Source of the DNA: Monocercomonoides exilis PA203
Taxonomy: Eukaryota; Protista; Preaxostyla
Length of the DNA stretch: 64,000 nucleotides
Reading direction: 5' to 3'
Assembly (NCBI GenBank): GCA_001643675.2
Contig: LSRY02000034.1
Coordinates: 372,001 to 436,000, forward strand
Part shown: positions 26,693 through 39,916 of the stretch, one piece after another
Layout: every line of letters starts with the position of its first letter
Numbering within the stretch: the first letter of the stretch is position 1
The notes under the pieces: generated by a model
Database searches by the model: none
What the model saw: only the letters and a program-made list of their open reading frames with translations
What the model was told of the DNA's origin: nothing
Made by a program: the position numbers and the translations under genes

Positions 26693-27899
26693 CTAAATGA
26701 AGAAATTGAGAAAATAAAAAAGGCAGAAAATGAAAAGGAAAAAATAAATAAATAAATAAACAGATTCAAAGAATTGAATTCAAATGCAATAATTATGAAA
26801 AACCACCATTTTTAGTATTTGACAAAGCTCGTTGCTATTCATTAAAAAACAATAATAATGATCAGTTTTTTTTTTTTTTTTTTTTTTTTTTTTGGAATTT
26901 ATTTAATTTTAATTTCATTGGAATTAAAGAATTCATATTCTTTTTTATCGAACACAGTAATCACAAATTTTTTAACTTTTAGAAATAGAAAACACTTACT
27001 GGAATACATTTTTGTGATTTTCACAAAAACAAAAGAGTTGAAAATTCAATCTTTTTTTAAAATATCAAAATTGCACTATTTTATCAATATGTTATTCACT
27101 TAGAGTGTGAACCATGCATCTCATTTTTTTACTCAATATTTTATTTAAGCATTAAGAACAAACGTCTAAGATTGAAGTGATTCTTAAAAGGACAAAACAA
27201 AAAGAGCGTGGATTTTTATCAATACTAATTTTGTGGATAAGATAATTTGAATTGATGTGTCTATTATTCAATGCTTTCTTTTGTTTCTTACACCTGGAAA
27301 AAATAATTTTTAATTGAAAACATTATGAAAGATTCAACTACGAAAAAATCTCCATATTTTTTTTGACCTTCAAATTGTTTGAAAAATTTTTCTAAAGATG
27401 AACAAATCTATTTTTCCCGCATGTTCTTCCTTTTTACATATGAATTTTCGGAAAAAGAAACAAAGAATGCTGAAATAAGTATTTTTTATCGATAGGAAAA
27501 TGCATATTATAGACAAACGAAACTTTTAAATCTTTTTATAATAACACAACTTTAATGGACAGAAATATGAATTATTGTTCTTTAGTTAACAAGGCACAAG
27601 CGTTGACAAGTTCAATGAAAAGTTTCAAATAAAAAGTCACTGCATGATATTGGCAATGATCCACTGTTTGAATTGGAATTGATTGAATGAATAATGTTGA
27701 TTCTTCAATCAAATCATAAAAGTCAATTTATCAATGACTGCTATCTGCACAACGTGCACAAATAGTGCAAATAACATTAATGCAAGAAACACGTAATATT
27801 ATAAAAAAGAAGGCGTGCATTGAGGAAAAGAAAAAAAAAAACACGATTTTATAAAAAAATCAGTAGTTCGAGTTTTTTCCTTTTCTTAAGAAAAGAAGA

Positions 27900-30040
27900 A
27901 GATTGGTTCCTCCAATCGGGTAAAAAGGGAGTTCAGCAGGTCTGGAAATTAAAGAGTGCAAGAGAATTGTTGAGACAGGAGAGAGACAAGTGCAAGGGAT
28001 TTACAGGCGTACAGAAGGAGAGGAGTGTATATGCTGAATGGATCTGTAGAAGGCTAGAAAATAAACGTTTAACAAGAGTTAATAAGAGAGGAGTTCATCT
28101 ACAAAAGCAACGTGTTCTTCATAGAGAAAAAGAACGGAAGCTACAAACAAATACAAGACTGCCAGTCCCTGAATGCAGCCCTGAAAGACATTCATTTCAA
28201 AATGGAAGATCAGCGAACAGTGGTAAAATTGCCTCTCAAAGACGACTACACCACTTCCCTCGACTTATCGCAGGTGAACTTCCCAATCCCAATTTCCAAG
28301 ACGATCACCCCCAACTTGTCCTTCACATTTAAAGAAAAATATTAGTGATTTAAATGCATGCCATTCGGGTAAAAAGATGCACTTCTAATTTTCACAAAGT
28401 TAATGAGAAAGGTTACGAAGGAAATCCGAAGGAGATAAAACATTAGATGCGTGTTGTTCCTCGATGAAATATTATTGCTTCACGAGAACAAAGAAACACT
28501 TCCGCAGGCAACTCAAGAAACAATCCAGTGGCTTCAACAGCTCTGGCTCATCATCAATATGGAAAAGAGAGAGGAAGCTCCCAAGAAGATCTTCAACAGC
28601 CTCGGATGGAAATGGGACACAAGCAAAATGACAGTCTCAGTGGAGTAGAAGAGAAGCATGGAACTGAGGAATGAATGTATCAAAAAGATGAAGATGTTGA
28701 AGAAGACTGTAACAGTTCAGATAAGAGTTTTCTCCTCATTTATTCTGCAGTTCATCGTAACACTCTTTAATGACAAAGACGCAAACATAAACAAGGAAAT
28801 GGTTTTCATAATTCTCAACAGATACATACGAAAAAAAGGACGTGACAGTTTATTTCGTTTCAATTGCAGCATTAAAAGAGAGTTGAAGTTTTGGATGAAA
28901 TGGCTGAATACACGATTTTCCAGACCCCAAATGGGATTCTCTCCTCCGGAAGCGGTCCACACAACAGACGCTTCACCACACACTTGCTGTGCCACACTAT
29001 CAGTTGGAGGAGAAATATATCATTTTTCCAGTCAATTTTCCAAGAAAAAACAACTCCAAACCTCCAACAACATGCGACTCCTAGCTGTTTTAATGCCACT
29101 TAACATTTTTTCCATATTGATTCTGAGAAATCACATTCGCAAATTGCTTCTCAGATCGGACAACACTTGCGTTATCTTCAACATTAACAGATGGAGTGCT
29201 TGATGGATACTCCTTCCACTCCAAAGAAAGATAAGATCAGTTAACCAATTGATGAACCTCATTGACAAAGCTGCACACATTCCAGGAGAGAAGAATACAC
29301 CATCACAAGTTTAATCGAATTAAGCAATAACATGAGATTGTTTGTTTCTAACAACTTTTCTTTTGAAAGCCGAGAAACTTCTGAATGCTCAAACTGAAAT
29401 TGACAAATATATAAACTCTTCAAACAAGAAGAGGAAGACTTGGAATTGACCCGGAAGCAGACTGGCACAGGACGGTCTTCATCCGCACTGAAGAAAAGAA
29501 ATTTTTCTCATTTATCCCCCGATTCCACTGATCTTTCCTTGCCTTCGGAAGGTTGAATCGGAGATAGCGAAAGCGAACTTTCTGCTTCAGGCAAGGAAGG
29601 ATCAGATTTGGAGCAACCTTCTATCGAAACTGATGACTCGTTCCCACATCTGGAAATGCTCTTGAAACGTCCTTTCCCCGGAACAGGGAATGCCGAAGTT
29701 TGGAGCCACACTTCCGCCAGGAACGTATATAACTACAAGGATCGGATGGTAGCGCGAGTCGGTGAGAGATGGCGGAAGAAAGGCCTTTGACATTGCGGAG
29801 CTTCTGAAAAGATCAGAAAGATTACTGATTGGAGCATATCCAAAACAACGTGGGATCAGTACACAAACTGTTTTGCACATTTTCACATCGAGTGGAAATC
29901 AAACGAACTTGAAAACAATTTATAATGTTACAATAAATTGACAAAGTGATGAGCACTTTTCTTTCAAACAATAATAGATCAAAATATTTCTTATTCTATC
30001 TGATGTGCAATGATCGTTTCAACTTCATTATTTATTGGGA
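27900..30040 (+). pseudogene. DIRS1-like retrotransposon relic (RT + RNase H + downstream degenerate ORFs)
   Basis: KKNGSY..DCQSLN, HFKMED, TSLDL, CMPFG, FLDE (YLDD position), LGWKWD, TDAS, LLAV, RSDNT, HIPGEKN. Confidence 0.85.
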
Positions 30041-30048
30041 TGGCATAA

Positions 30049-30318
30049 GGGCGAAAATTCGGACTTCAAAGCTTTTTAAGCACAAATTTTTAAAATTTTT
30101 GTTTATCTCTTAATTTTTTAAATCTTTCTCAGATTACAAATAAATCGATTTTATGCTAACTGAAGAAATGTTTCATTAATATCATAATATAATGTTTTGT
30201 GACATCACAAACATTCCACAAAAATAATGCATTCGTTTTTTATTTTTTCAAATCACGAAAAACATTTGAAAGAGCCTAAATTTTTAATGAAAATGCATGA
30301 AGAGTTATATTTTCCCCC
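30049..30318. mobile_element. Degenerate GGGG-AAAATAT MITE
   Basis: GGGCGAAAATTCGGACTTCAAAGC..ATATTTTCCCCCAT, similar to 44426-44694. Confidence 0.45.
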
Positions 30319-32172
30319 ATGTCCGATTGTGACAGTAAACGATTTTGCTTGCCACAGAAAAAAAAAATAAATCAATAAATTTTGTGTCAATTTTTCTATT
30401 AGAAAAAATTCTTTATGAATACACTTTTTTGTCTTGCAAAATCAAGTTATTTTATTTTTTCATATTTTTTTTTTCTAATTGAGAAAAATTTTAAACAATC
30501 CTGAAAGAAAGATAATTAATCAAGAAATACAATTTTCATTGAAAAATTGACTCTTTTTTTAAAATTATGTCGTTTTAAAAACTTTACCCTGTGATTATCT
30601 GCAATTGAAAATGAATGAAATAGCACAAAAAATGTTCTTGAACAGAAAAATGAAATTATAAATCATATGATTGAAGGAGGTGTAATTAAGAAAGGTTTTG
30701 AACTCACACACTCCATACATAAACAGTCGTTAAATAAAATTAAAAATTTATTAATTCGAAAAACATGGAAATTTGTTATTTATAAATCAGCAATCATTAA
30801 ATAACAAATGATTTCTATTTGTTTGACTATTCACCAAACTTTTGTTTAATTGGATGTGATACTGTTGAACTGAATTATAAAAAAGTCAACTTTTTCATGG
30901 AACTTATTTTTTCATTGGCACTTGTTTTGTTTTTGTTTGCCAAATGCTGAAAAGCTCTGATTGGGTTTCAGCACTTCAAAAAAACCTTTAAAACAAGTTT
31001 TAAACAATTCGTTTACCATTTTTTTTGTTAAATATGAAAATACTTTATTTTTCCAACCAGGCAATGCGCAAGAAATTAGGAACATGTTTCGAATAGCACA
31101 AACAATTATCTATTCATTTTTAATCACTTTTTTTCAACAAACAATTTTTATGTCACATTTTTCATTTCATTTTTTCTTAACAAGCAAACATAAAATTGAT
31201 TATTTCATTGTTTTTTTTATGGAATGATAAATATAAATATTTCATAAAAAAAACAATAACAATATTCGTGAAGTGTTTTAAAAATAAATAAATAATTTTT
31301 TATTTTTAATAAGCCTTTAACAGCGAAATGATTCAATACGAAAATAATCTGGAATTGCAGTTTTGTTGCTTTGACGATTTTCTTCAATTACAAAATTTTG
31401 ATTTTCAACGTTTAAAGCAAATCATTATTGGAGTGCCTATTTTCTATTTAAAATTTAGTTATTTATCATTTCATTATATTAATAATGTAATAACAAATTT
31501 GATGTTTGCATGTTATGAAAAAATGAAAAGAAAAAAAATCACAAAAAAATTGTTTGTTGAAAAAAGATATTTAAAATTGGATAGATAATAGTTTAAGCTA
31601 TATAAAACAACTCATCAATTTCTTGAGAGTTGCCTGGTTGGCTGGTAAAAGTCCTATTAAATTAAGCCAAAAAACGTGATTTCACAATGTGCAAAAAACA
31701 AAAATAAAAATAAAAAACAGTAAATAAATAAAATAAAACTTGTTTCAAAGGATAAATTAAGTTTTAAAAGTCATCCAGCATCTTTTTGTTATTTGCAGTC
31801 AAAAGCAAAAAAAGAACCATTTTAGAAAAATGTTTCACGAAAAAGGTGACCCAATGGAAAATGAAAAGTGACAAAATTATATAAGCAATAAATGATTTTG
31901 TTTTCTCCATTCGAAATATTCAAAAATGACAAATTTTTCATAAAGTTGCAAACTTGAACACAACTGTTGAAAACTAAATGTTTTTGTTTTCAAAAAAAAT
32001 TTTTTTTTCGGAATGTTTAAAAACACATTATGTTTATTAATTTGGTTTTCGAACAAAGATTATTGAGAGCCATTTATTATTTTGGTGAAAAAAAAAAAAA
32101 AAAAAAAAAAAAAACAGTTTATTATGAAGAGTTGCAATGTGATCTTAGACGAGAATTGATTTAAAAATATGT

Positions 32173-32437
32173 GGGTAAATATTTTTGTAATCAGATTTAT
32201 TTTTTTGAAAAAAATTTTTGTTATTTCATATGTTGTTACTATTCACAAATGAACCCTGAAAAGTTGCCTATCTGTTTGAAGACAACTTAATATTTTATTC
32301 TAGATAAACTTTGATTTTTAAAAGTCTTCTGATTTTTTAAATAATTTGCAAAAAGAATTTTTTTTTTCGATTAAGAGGAAAATTTTTTTAATCATTTATA
32401 CACTGAAAAATGTTATGATTTCAAAAATTATCAGTCA
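32173..32437. mobile_element. Degenerate GGG MITE related to 1874-2129
   Basis: GGGTAAATATTTTTGTAATCAGA start, shared AAATGAACCCTGAAAAGT, and TTATGATTTCAAAAATTATCA end. Confidence 0.5.
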
Positions 32438-32759
32438 TGTGTTCTCAATAAGAAAAAAAAGATTGAATTGTCATAATATATTACGATTATTATTTGGGTT
32501 ATTTTTTTTGACAAATGAAACTGAACCTTATCAAATAATTCTGGAGATAAATCCATCAAGCAAAAATTATTTGAAAATTTGAATACACAAACCTATGTGA
32601 TGAAAAAATATTTGCATTTTCGATAAATTTGAAAAATTTTTTACCTAAAATAAAAATACTGGATCCAATTTTATTCGGCATGGATAATAAACATTTGCCA
32701 CTTTTCGAAAAGAATAACGGATATGTCTTTATTTTTATTACCTAAAAACAAACAATGAT

Positions 32760-33700
32760 AAAAAATGGCTTATTCAAGAGAAAAGAAATCTTCAATTCTC
32801 AAAAAAATGAATTCATTAACAAAAGAAGAGACAGTGTTGGATTAATTTTTCATTTCTTGCTCGAATAAAAAAAAAAAAATACATAAGAAAAAAGTTTCAT
32901 GGGAAAGAAGTGGAAAAATTTTCTATTGAAAATAAAGGTTATGTGCAACAAAAAATTCTGTGAATGAAGCAACTTATTTAGTGAATTCAAAATGTGGAAA
33001 AAATATACATGAACTCATCATCTTTTTTCTTTGGCTTTGGATATCACAATCAAACAAGTTTCAAATGCTTGATGAACATGATTCAGTTGTAAGTTATTGG
33101 AACTGCATGTTAAGATGTGCATAAATGGATTTCATCAACAACAATCCAATCAAACTTCGCGATGAGGGGGTTATTGTGGAGATTGATGAGTGCGTGTAAA
33201 GACGAAAAAAATATTAAAAGTGAAGAAAGCAAAAAATAATTTTGATTTTTGGATAGATTGAAATGAGAAAATAATATAGAAATCAAGAAGAAATACATTA
33301 ATATAATTTCTGATAGATCAGCAAAAGCTCTTTCACCGATGATCAGATTTCACATTTTATTTGGAACTTTCATCCAAATTGATGAACGAAAAGCCAATTC
33401 ATCTTTTTAAACATTTAGAATATTTTTCAAAATTGTTTGTAATGAAAAAAATTGAGTTAATCTTGAGAGCAGAATCTGTACAAACATCGTTGAAGATATG
33501 CGATTACAGTTGAGGAGTTCTTTTTAAACTTAAAGTGAAAAAGAGAATTTTGAGTATATCTCGGAATTTTGGAACGTGATAAATTCTAAGCAACTATCTT
33601 TTCTAAATGTAATGAAAATTATTGTTTTCTGAAACGACGACAAATCTGAATAATAAGCATCAAAAAAAATAGATGATGATAAACAGAAATAAATTACTGT
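32760..33700 (+). pseudogene. Highly decayed Merlin transposase
   Basis: EGVIVEIDECV*RRK (about 33163-33210), IQIDERKA and CTNIVED correspond to the IVEIDE, SDEW and TNxIEG motifs. Confidence 0.7.
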
Positions 33701-34317
33701 TGGAAATAGTTTGGGTTTTTTGATTTTTATTCTTAAATTTTTTTCTCAATAAAAATGGATGAATCAACAGATAATTTGATAAAACTAAATAGTGTCCTTG
33801 TAGGTGAAAATACTGACTGTCAAACTTTTTTGCACAAAGCAACAAATCTTTGTTTCATCCATAACTTTTTTTAAATATTATCATATTTCATGATAAATTG
33901 GATTTTCATTGTTGTTAACAAACATCATTAAAACAAAACCTTAGTGTTTTGTGATCTCAAACATATTTTAAAAAAACGAACCTATTTTTTCAGTATTTTT
34001 GGATAACAAATATATCATCCGTGGCTCATTAGTTTTCAATGAAAATGCCTGACGCATTCTATTTCACCCAATATATTTGAACTGGTTAATTAATTGTTCA
34101 TTTGAAAAATTTCAATTATTTTTTTGTTTCTTCCTTTTTTCAAATTGCAAATATTTCAATTTAAGTTGAATAATAAATTTAATTTTTTTAATTTTCTCCA
34201 GGGCCTAAAGAGGTGAATAGAAATTCACTTCTTTTTCACAAATAAACTTATCTGTCAGTCTCAAAAACAACTTCTCGATTTTTTGAAAAAAGAAAACATG
34301 ATTTGTGATCAATCTGT

Positions 34318-35765
34318 TTCTTTTTTCAATCTGTTTCTTTATTATAAAGGCTTCAAAGTGCACTTATGAGAAAAAGTTGATAATTGAAAATCTTCGAAAA
34401 TTGAAACTTTTCTTTTCCTCAAAATATTGGTGATTGTTTTTTGTATCAGATTATTTCATTCAAAATTTTCGATTCGAAAATTTCACTGAATATTAACAAA
34501 AGAATAGTGAAAAGTGAAAAGGTCTATAAAAGATATTTTCATCTTTAATTCGGTTGAAACATTTGTTCTTGAAATGGTTTTAATGAAATCTATCATTTGA
34601 ATTTAAAATCACTTCCCAAAGGCAAACAATCTTTCAAAAATTAATATTCCGAAAAAAGTTATGATTTCATAAATAATCACCCATTTTTTATTTTTTTATT
34701 TTTATTTTAATGAATGAATCTTAAGTTTTTTTGTTTATTTTTTAGATCAAAGACTTGCCCATATTTCAACGAGATTTTTGTTTTGAGTGCATTGAGTTAT
34801 ATCATTGTTTATAAATTTAACTTCTTTATAATTTTGGTTATTTTTCATTGTTTAACACTTCATTTTTTTATTGTTTTTTCCATTGCACGATTTTTTGACA
34901 AAATTATAAAAAAGTGTGAATTTTTTGTTGTTATGTTTTCATAAGTCGAAAAATAGTTTTAAAACTGATTGAAATAATCATCACAAAAATTTTGTAATTA
35001 AAGAATGTGATTTGAAGCAAAAAACACAAGAATTCACAAAAACAAGATTTTTTTAAATAAATACACGATTACAAAAAAGTGAAGATATTTCTCTTTTTGA
35101 ATACCTATATGTGTTAACAATGTTTAAATTGGAACTTCAAAAATAACGATATATCTTGTTTAAACACATGAATTCTTTATTTTGTCAAAAAATCGTGCAA
35201 TGGAAAAAACAATAAAAAAATGAAGTGTTAAACAATGAAAAATAACCAAAATTATAAAGAAGTTAAATTTATAAACAATGATATAACTCAATGCACTCAA
35301 AACAAAAATCTCGTTGAAATATGGGCAAGTCTTTGATCTAAAAAATAAACAAAAAAACTTAAGATTCATTCATTAAAATAAAAATAAAAAAATAAAAAAT
35401 GGGTGATTATTTATGAAATCATAACTTTTTTCGGAATATTAATTTTTGAAAGATTGTTTGCCTTTGGGAAGTGATTTTAAATTCAAATGATAGATTTCAT
35501 TAAAACCATTTCAAGAACAAATGTTTCAACCGAATTAAAGATGAAAATATCTTTTATAGACCTTTTCACTTTTCACTATTCTTTTGTTAATATTCAGTGA
35601 AATTTTCGAATCGAAAATTTTGAATGAAATAATCTGATACAAAAAACAATCACCAATATTTTGAGGAAAAGAAAAGTTTCAATTTTCGAAGATTTTCAAT
35701 TATCAACTTTTTCTCATAAGTGCACTTTGAAGCCTTTATAATAAAGAAACAGATTGAAAAAAGAA
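34318..35765. repeat. Foldback 2: perfect ~587-bp inverted arms (34318-34904 / 35179-35765) around the same core as foldback 1
   Basis: 34671-35412 matches 2118-2859. The outer arm sequence is different and includes another MITE (about 34428-34682) plus about 110 bp of flank. Confidence 0.95.
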
Positions 35766-36974
35766 TAAAATTAATACCTTTTTCGATAATTTCACAGTTG
35801 ATTTATTGTTGTGTTCATTTGAACAAAATATCTGAATGTGGATAAATTGGTTCTTCACCAACAGAAAAATAATACATGTACTTATTTTTATGAACTTCAT
35901 TAGAAATCCAAGAATCCCTATGAATACATAAAGAAATTCAATAAACAACGGTTTCAAGACAAAATTTTCAATTGCCTTTTTTAGAAATGAGAAAATTAAT
36001 TAAAAAAACTGATTGGATTTTCGATGAAATTATGCCATTTATTAAATTTTATTTTATTTTATTTTATTTTAGTTTTTATTTTTTAATCTCAGTGGGGATT
36101 GGAAAAAGCATTTTACAAACATCTGTTTCATTTTGCAACAATCCCTGGAAGTTAATTTCCATGCGAACGCTTATTTCAAGGTTGAAACTTATTGACGATG
36201 ATTGTTAACAATATCCAACATTTAATTCAATTGAAAATTGAATTATTTTATTTTTTCAATAAAAACAAACTATTTTATTAAAATAGTCAAATGTGATAAA
36301 ATCATTGAACATTTCACCTGATCATTTCAAAAATAACAAAGAAATGAATACGAATACATCGATTGACATTTTTATAAATCAAAAAATCTATCTATTCTAT
36401 TTCAAAATATTTTTTTGTAATGTGTGATAGTATATGAAATCACAATTTTTATCGGAGTGATGATTCTCAGATTGTTTAATAACAAATCAAAAGATATTTA
36501 TTTTTTAACGAAAAAGCATAACAACTGTTTCAAAAAAGGCAGTGTTTGAGATAATAGTCATGAAAAAATAATCTCTGAAAGGAGTTTTGATTTTTTCCTG
36601 TTCATTAATCAGTATTCAAAGTGGATTGTCAAACCGTAATTTCTGATAGAGAAAACATGGATTCAAAAATTATTCCTCGCAAAAATCATGAATTTAGTCT
36701 TATCATTTCGTTTCAAAAAATATATTGTATTCCTCGACAAGAAATTGAAAAACTCAAATAAACATATCACTTATTGCAAATAAAAAAATGATAAAAAACA
36801 TTAACGGTCAAATTTTTGATACATGATATCATGAACAAACAAAGCATTAATTATTGATCGTTCCTTCACATACTTATTATTGAGTATTTCCAATCATTTG
36901 CCCTGTGATTCATCCTTTGGAAGAACAACTTCACCAAATAATTCGGATGAAAGCCCAAATAAAGGAAAAAGAAG

Positions 36975-36979
36975 AAAGA

Positions 36980-37011
<32 letters not shown>

Positions 37012-37013
37012 AA

Positions 37014-37057
<44 letters not shown>

Positions 37058-37058
37058 T
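36975..37058 (+). repeat. AG-rich microsatellite (AAAGAGAGAGAG)n
   Basis: Read directly from the sequence. Confidence 0.9.
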
Positions 37059-37063
37059 AGAGA

Positions 37064-38060
37064 AGATGCGAAATGTGGAATACATTGTTTCATAAGAATC
37101 AAAAAGATTCTGCATCTCTGCAACTCTGGATAAAAGAATGAAACTTGCTTTTCTTTAAAGGAAATACGGCCAAGAAAAATCAGAATCATGGAACACAAGC
37201 GAATGAGCATTGACAACAATAACTTCATCAATGTGTCTCGCAAAATTGAGACGCGGAATTGACATTTTCTTCCCGTCCAATCAAACAGGAAGAAAGCAAA
37301 AAGCATTCAATCAACAATTCAACGTGATTATCAGAGAAAAACTTCGGAAAAATCCTTTGAAAACTTAAAGGCTAGTGTTATAAAAAATAATTATTTTTTG
37401 TAGCATAATTTGAAAAACAACAATTCATCGAATGCTTAAGATAAAAAACGAAAATACTCAGAAATATCCACAATTTTCATTAAAAAGAATAATTGTCAGA
37501 CTTTCATCAGGAAATACAGAGGAAAATAAGTCCATTCGAATTGCTTTTGTGGAAAAGCTTTTCGAATATCAATGAGATGGAGCTATGATATTCCTCATTG
37601 ACGAAACGTCCTGGAATATTTATTGCATTCAGAAATATGGATGGTCACAAATGGGTGAAAAGGTGTTGATTCCGCCTCCTCCTATTCATCAATGTTTGAC
37701 AGCTGTCACTTCGATATCAACAAAAGGAATGGGCTACACAGAAATTGTGCGAGGAACTGTGAACCATGAGTTATTTGAGGCCTGCGTTAAAAAATTTCTT
37801 CTTTCAATTGAAGAAAATGATCCTTCCGTCATCGCTTTGGACAACTCAGCCTATTCACCAATTCTTAAATCCGATTGAGTCTGTCTTTTATCATAGGAAA
37901 AGATAGAAGATAACAATCTCTTCATTGGAAATGGGGTAACCACTTTATTTTCACTCTTTTTCGAAAATTCATAGAGATATCTCCCAGAAAATTTAAAAAA
38001 GCATTTTCATATTCAGAAAATAAAATCCTGCCTCAAGTTTTGGCAAGAAAAAATGAAGGT
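37064..38060 (+). pseudogene. Tc1/IS630-type (DDE_3) transposase relic
   Basis: IFLIDETSWN..GWS..G, IALDNS, AYSP/LNPIE. The segment between the second D and YSP is deleted. Confidence 0.8.
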
Positions 38061-38399
38061 GATTCTGTTTTTTTGAGAAAAGTTTTGATAATTAAAAGAA
38101 AAAAAACTGTTTGCTTTTTTATTATTTGATATTTATGTTTGAAAATATGTTTCTTGTTATTATTTTTTTTAAAGTTGTATAACGACAAAAATTTCTTTTT
38201 TGATCAGCGTATTTGAAATGTGTTTCATCGAGTTTCCCAATCAACATTTGTTTTTTTAAATAAAAATGTTCCATTTTTTTTTCTATATGTTAAAACACGA
38301 AGCAAAAGGATGTTTTTGATCAGTCATATCGAGATTTTTCAGAATACAGAGTTGAATGCATCGCAACGCATTTTTCACATCCTTTGGAAGAAATGATTC

Positions 38400-39185
38400 A
38401 TGAAAATATTAGAACGAGAGTAGCTTTGAAAGAAATGGAAGACAGAGAGGAAAAAATAGAACAATACAGGCAGAAGGATACTGAGGTGGAAGGAAAATGT
38501 GAAAGGCCTTTCACTTCAGCAACTATAGAAAAAAGAAAAATTTTTCAAATTAATTCAGAATTTATAAAAGAAGCAGGTTCGAAAGCCGGTATGCGAATGA
38601 ATGCACCCTTTCAAACTTCACCACCAGCAGATATTTTCAAAAAGTGCAGATTGGTATTGACATTATTCACAATGAAAAACAAGAACGAAGAAAAAAAATA
38701 GTGAACAATGATCGATTCAAGAATCTCATAAGACAAAAAATGAAGCAAAATCCATTAACCACCCTTCGAACAATATCACACGAGCTTTCTTTAACTGGAT
38801 AGCATATTTCAAAATCTGCTGTTCGCAATATGCTTCATGAAAAAAAACAATGATTCAGATTTGTTCCCGTATTTTCTTTCAAGAGAATAACTATCAGGCC
38901 AGCATTCGCAAACACCGATGAAAATAAGAAACAAAGGATTTATTTCATTAAACAATTATATCAATACGAGAAAGATGGCGTGCTAATTTTCTACATCGAT
39001 GAGACGTCATGGAACGTCAGTTGCATCAGGAAATGCAGTTGGGCAGAAAGAGGAGAAGAAGTATTGGTTCATCCACTTCCACTATTTCAATCTATAACAG
39101 CTATCACGTCTATATCCATGCTTGGAATGGGCTACACAAAAGTGATTAGAGGAACAGTCAACCATGAAGTGTTTGAAACTTTTTT
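38400..39185 (+). pseudogene. Second Tc1/IS630-type transposase relic, 3' truncated
   Basis: NPLTTLRTIS HTH region, then IFYIDETSWNV..SITAITSISMLGMGYTKVIRGTVNHEVFE; a paralog of 37585-37878. Confidence 0.8.
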
Positions 39186-39243
39186 TATAGTCAAAAAAAT
39201 AATCGCCTTCAAAACGAAACTTATTCATTCAGGCTTGCTATAA

Positions 39244-39484
39244 GTGTAATTCTTTTTGATAAGTCGCAAATGTTAAATTCACAATTATAATAAAAATTTC
39301 ACATTTTGCTCAAATTTCTGTGTTACGCTAACGAATCTTCTGAAGAATATTTGGAATCGCATTATCAAGATATTGATTCCATTTTAGTGAAATTTGGTGT
39401 TCTCGGACAAAATTTTCATAAAAATATGAAATTTTTGATTAAAAAATAAATTGAAAATTAGCAACTTTTCAAAAAGAATTCCTC
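39244..39484. mobile_element. Degenerate MITE of the 25575 family
   Basis: GTGTAATTCTTTTTGATAAGTCGCAAA..GCAACTTTTCAAAAAGAATTCCTC. Confidence 0.65.
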
Positions 39485-39664
39485 ATATGTTAATCACTTT
39501 GAACTTCATTCAAATTCATGCTTTCTGTTTGATATAAATTTCACGTGGAATTTGTTTTTATTTTTTTGTTTTTTCTTTAAATAATTAAAATCATCGTTTT
39601 CTGAATTATTTCATTCTTCAAAAAAAACAGTGATTACCATTTACAGAATTTTCTTCTAATATTT

Positions 39665-39916
39665 GGGTTATTCTTTTTGTAAAGTCCCAAATGTTTGATA
39701 TTTGGGTTTAATAGAAATGGTCATTATTTGATTATTTTTTGCAATTTATTTTTCAATCTTTATAATATTTCAAATAAAAAAATCAAACCCATGAGATGAA
39801 AGATTATATGCATTACAGTGAAGTTTGATATATAAATTGCAAAAAATAATCTAATAATGACCATTTCTATTAAACCCAGTTAACAAACATTTGCGACTTT
39901 TCAAAAAGAAAAACCC
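39665..39916. mobile_element. GGG..CCC MITE (252 bp)
   Basis: GGGTTATTCTTTTTGTAAAGTCCCAAATGTTTG..TGGGTTTAATAGAAATGGTCATTATT is mirrored at the right end. Flanks are ATTT/AATT. Confidence 0.85.

Noticed and set aside
13418-30040. The YR gene and the DIRS RT as one retroelement
   Set aside because: They are separated by about 5 kb of unrelated relics, the YR lies upstream of the RT, and I found no shared terminal repeats.
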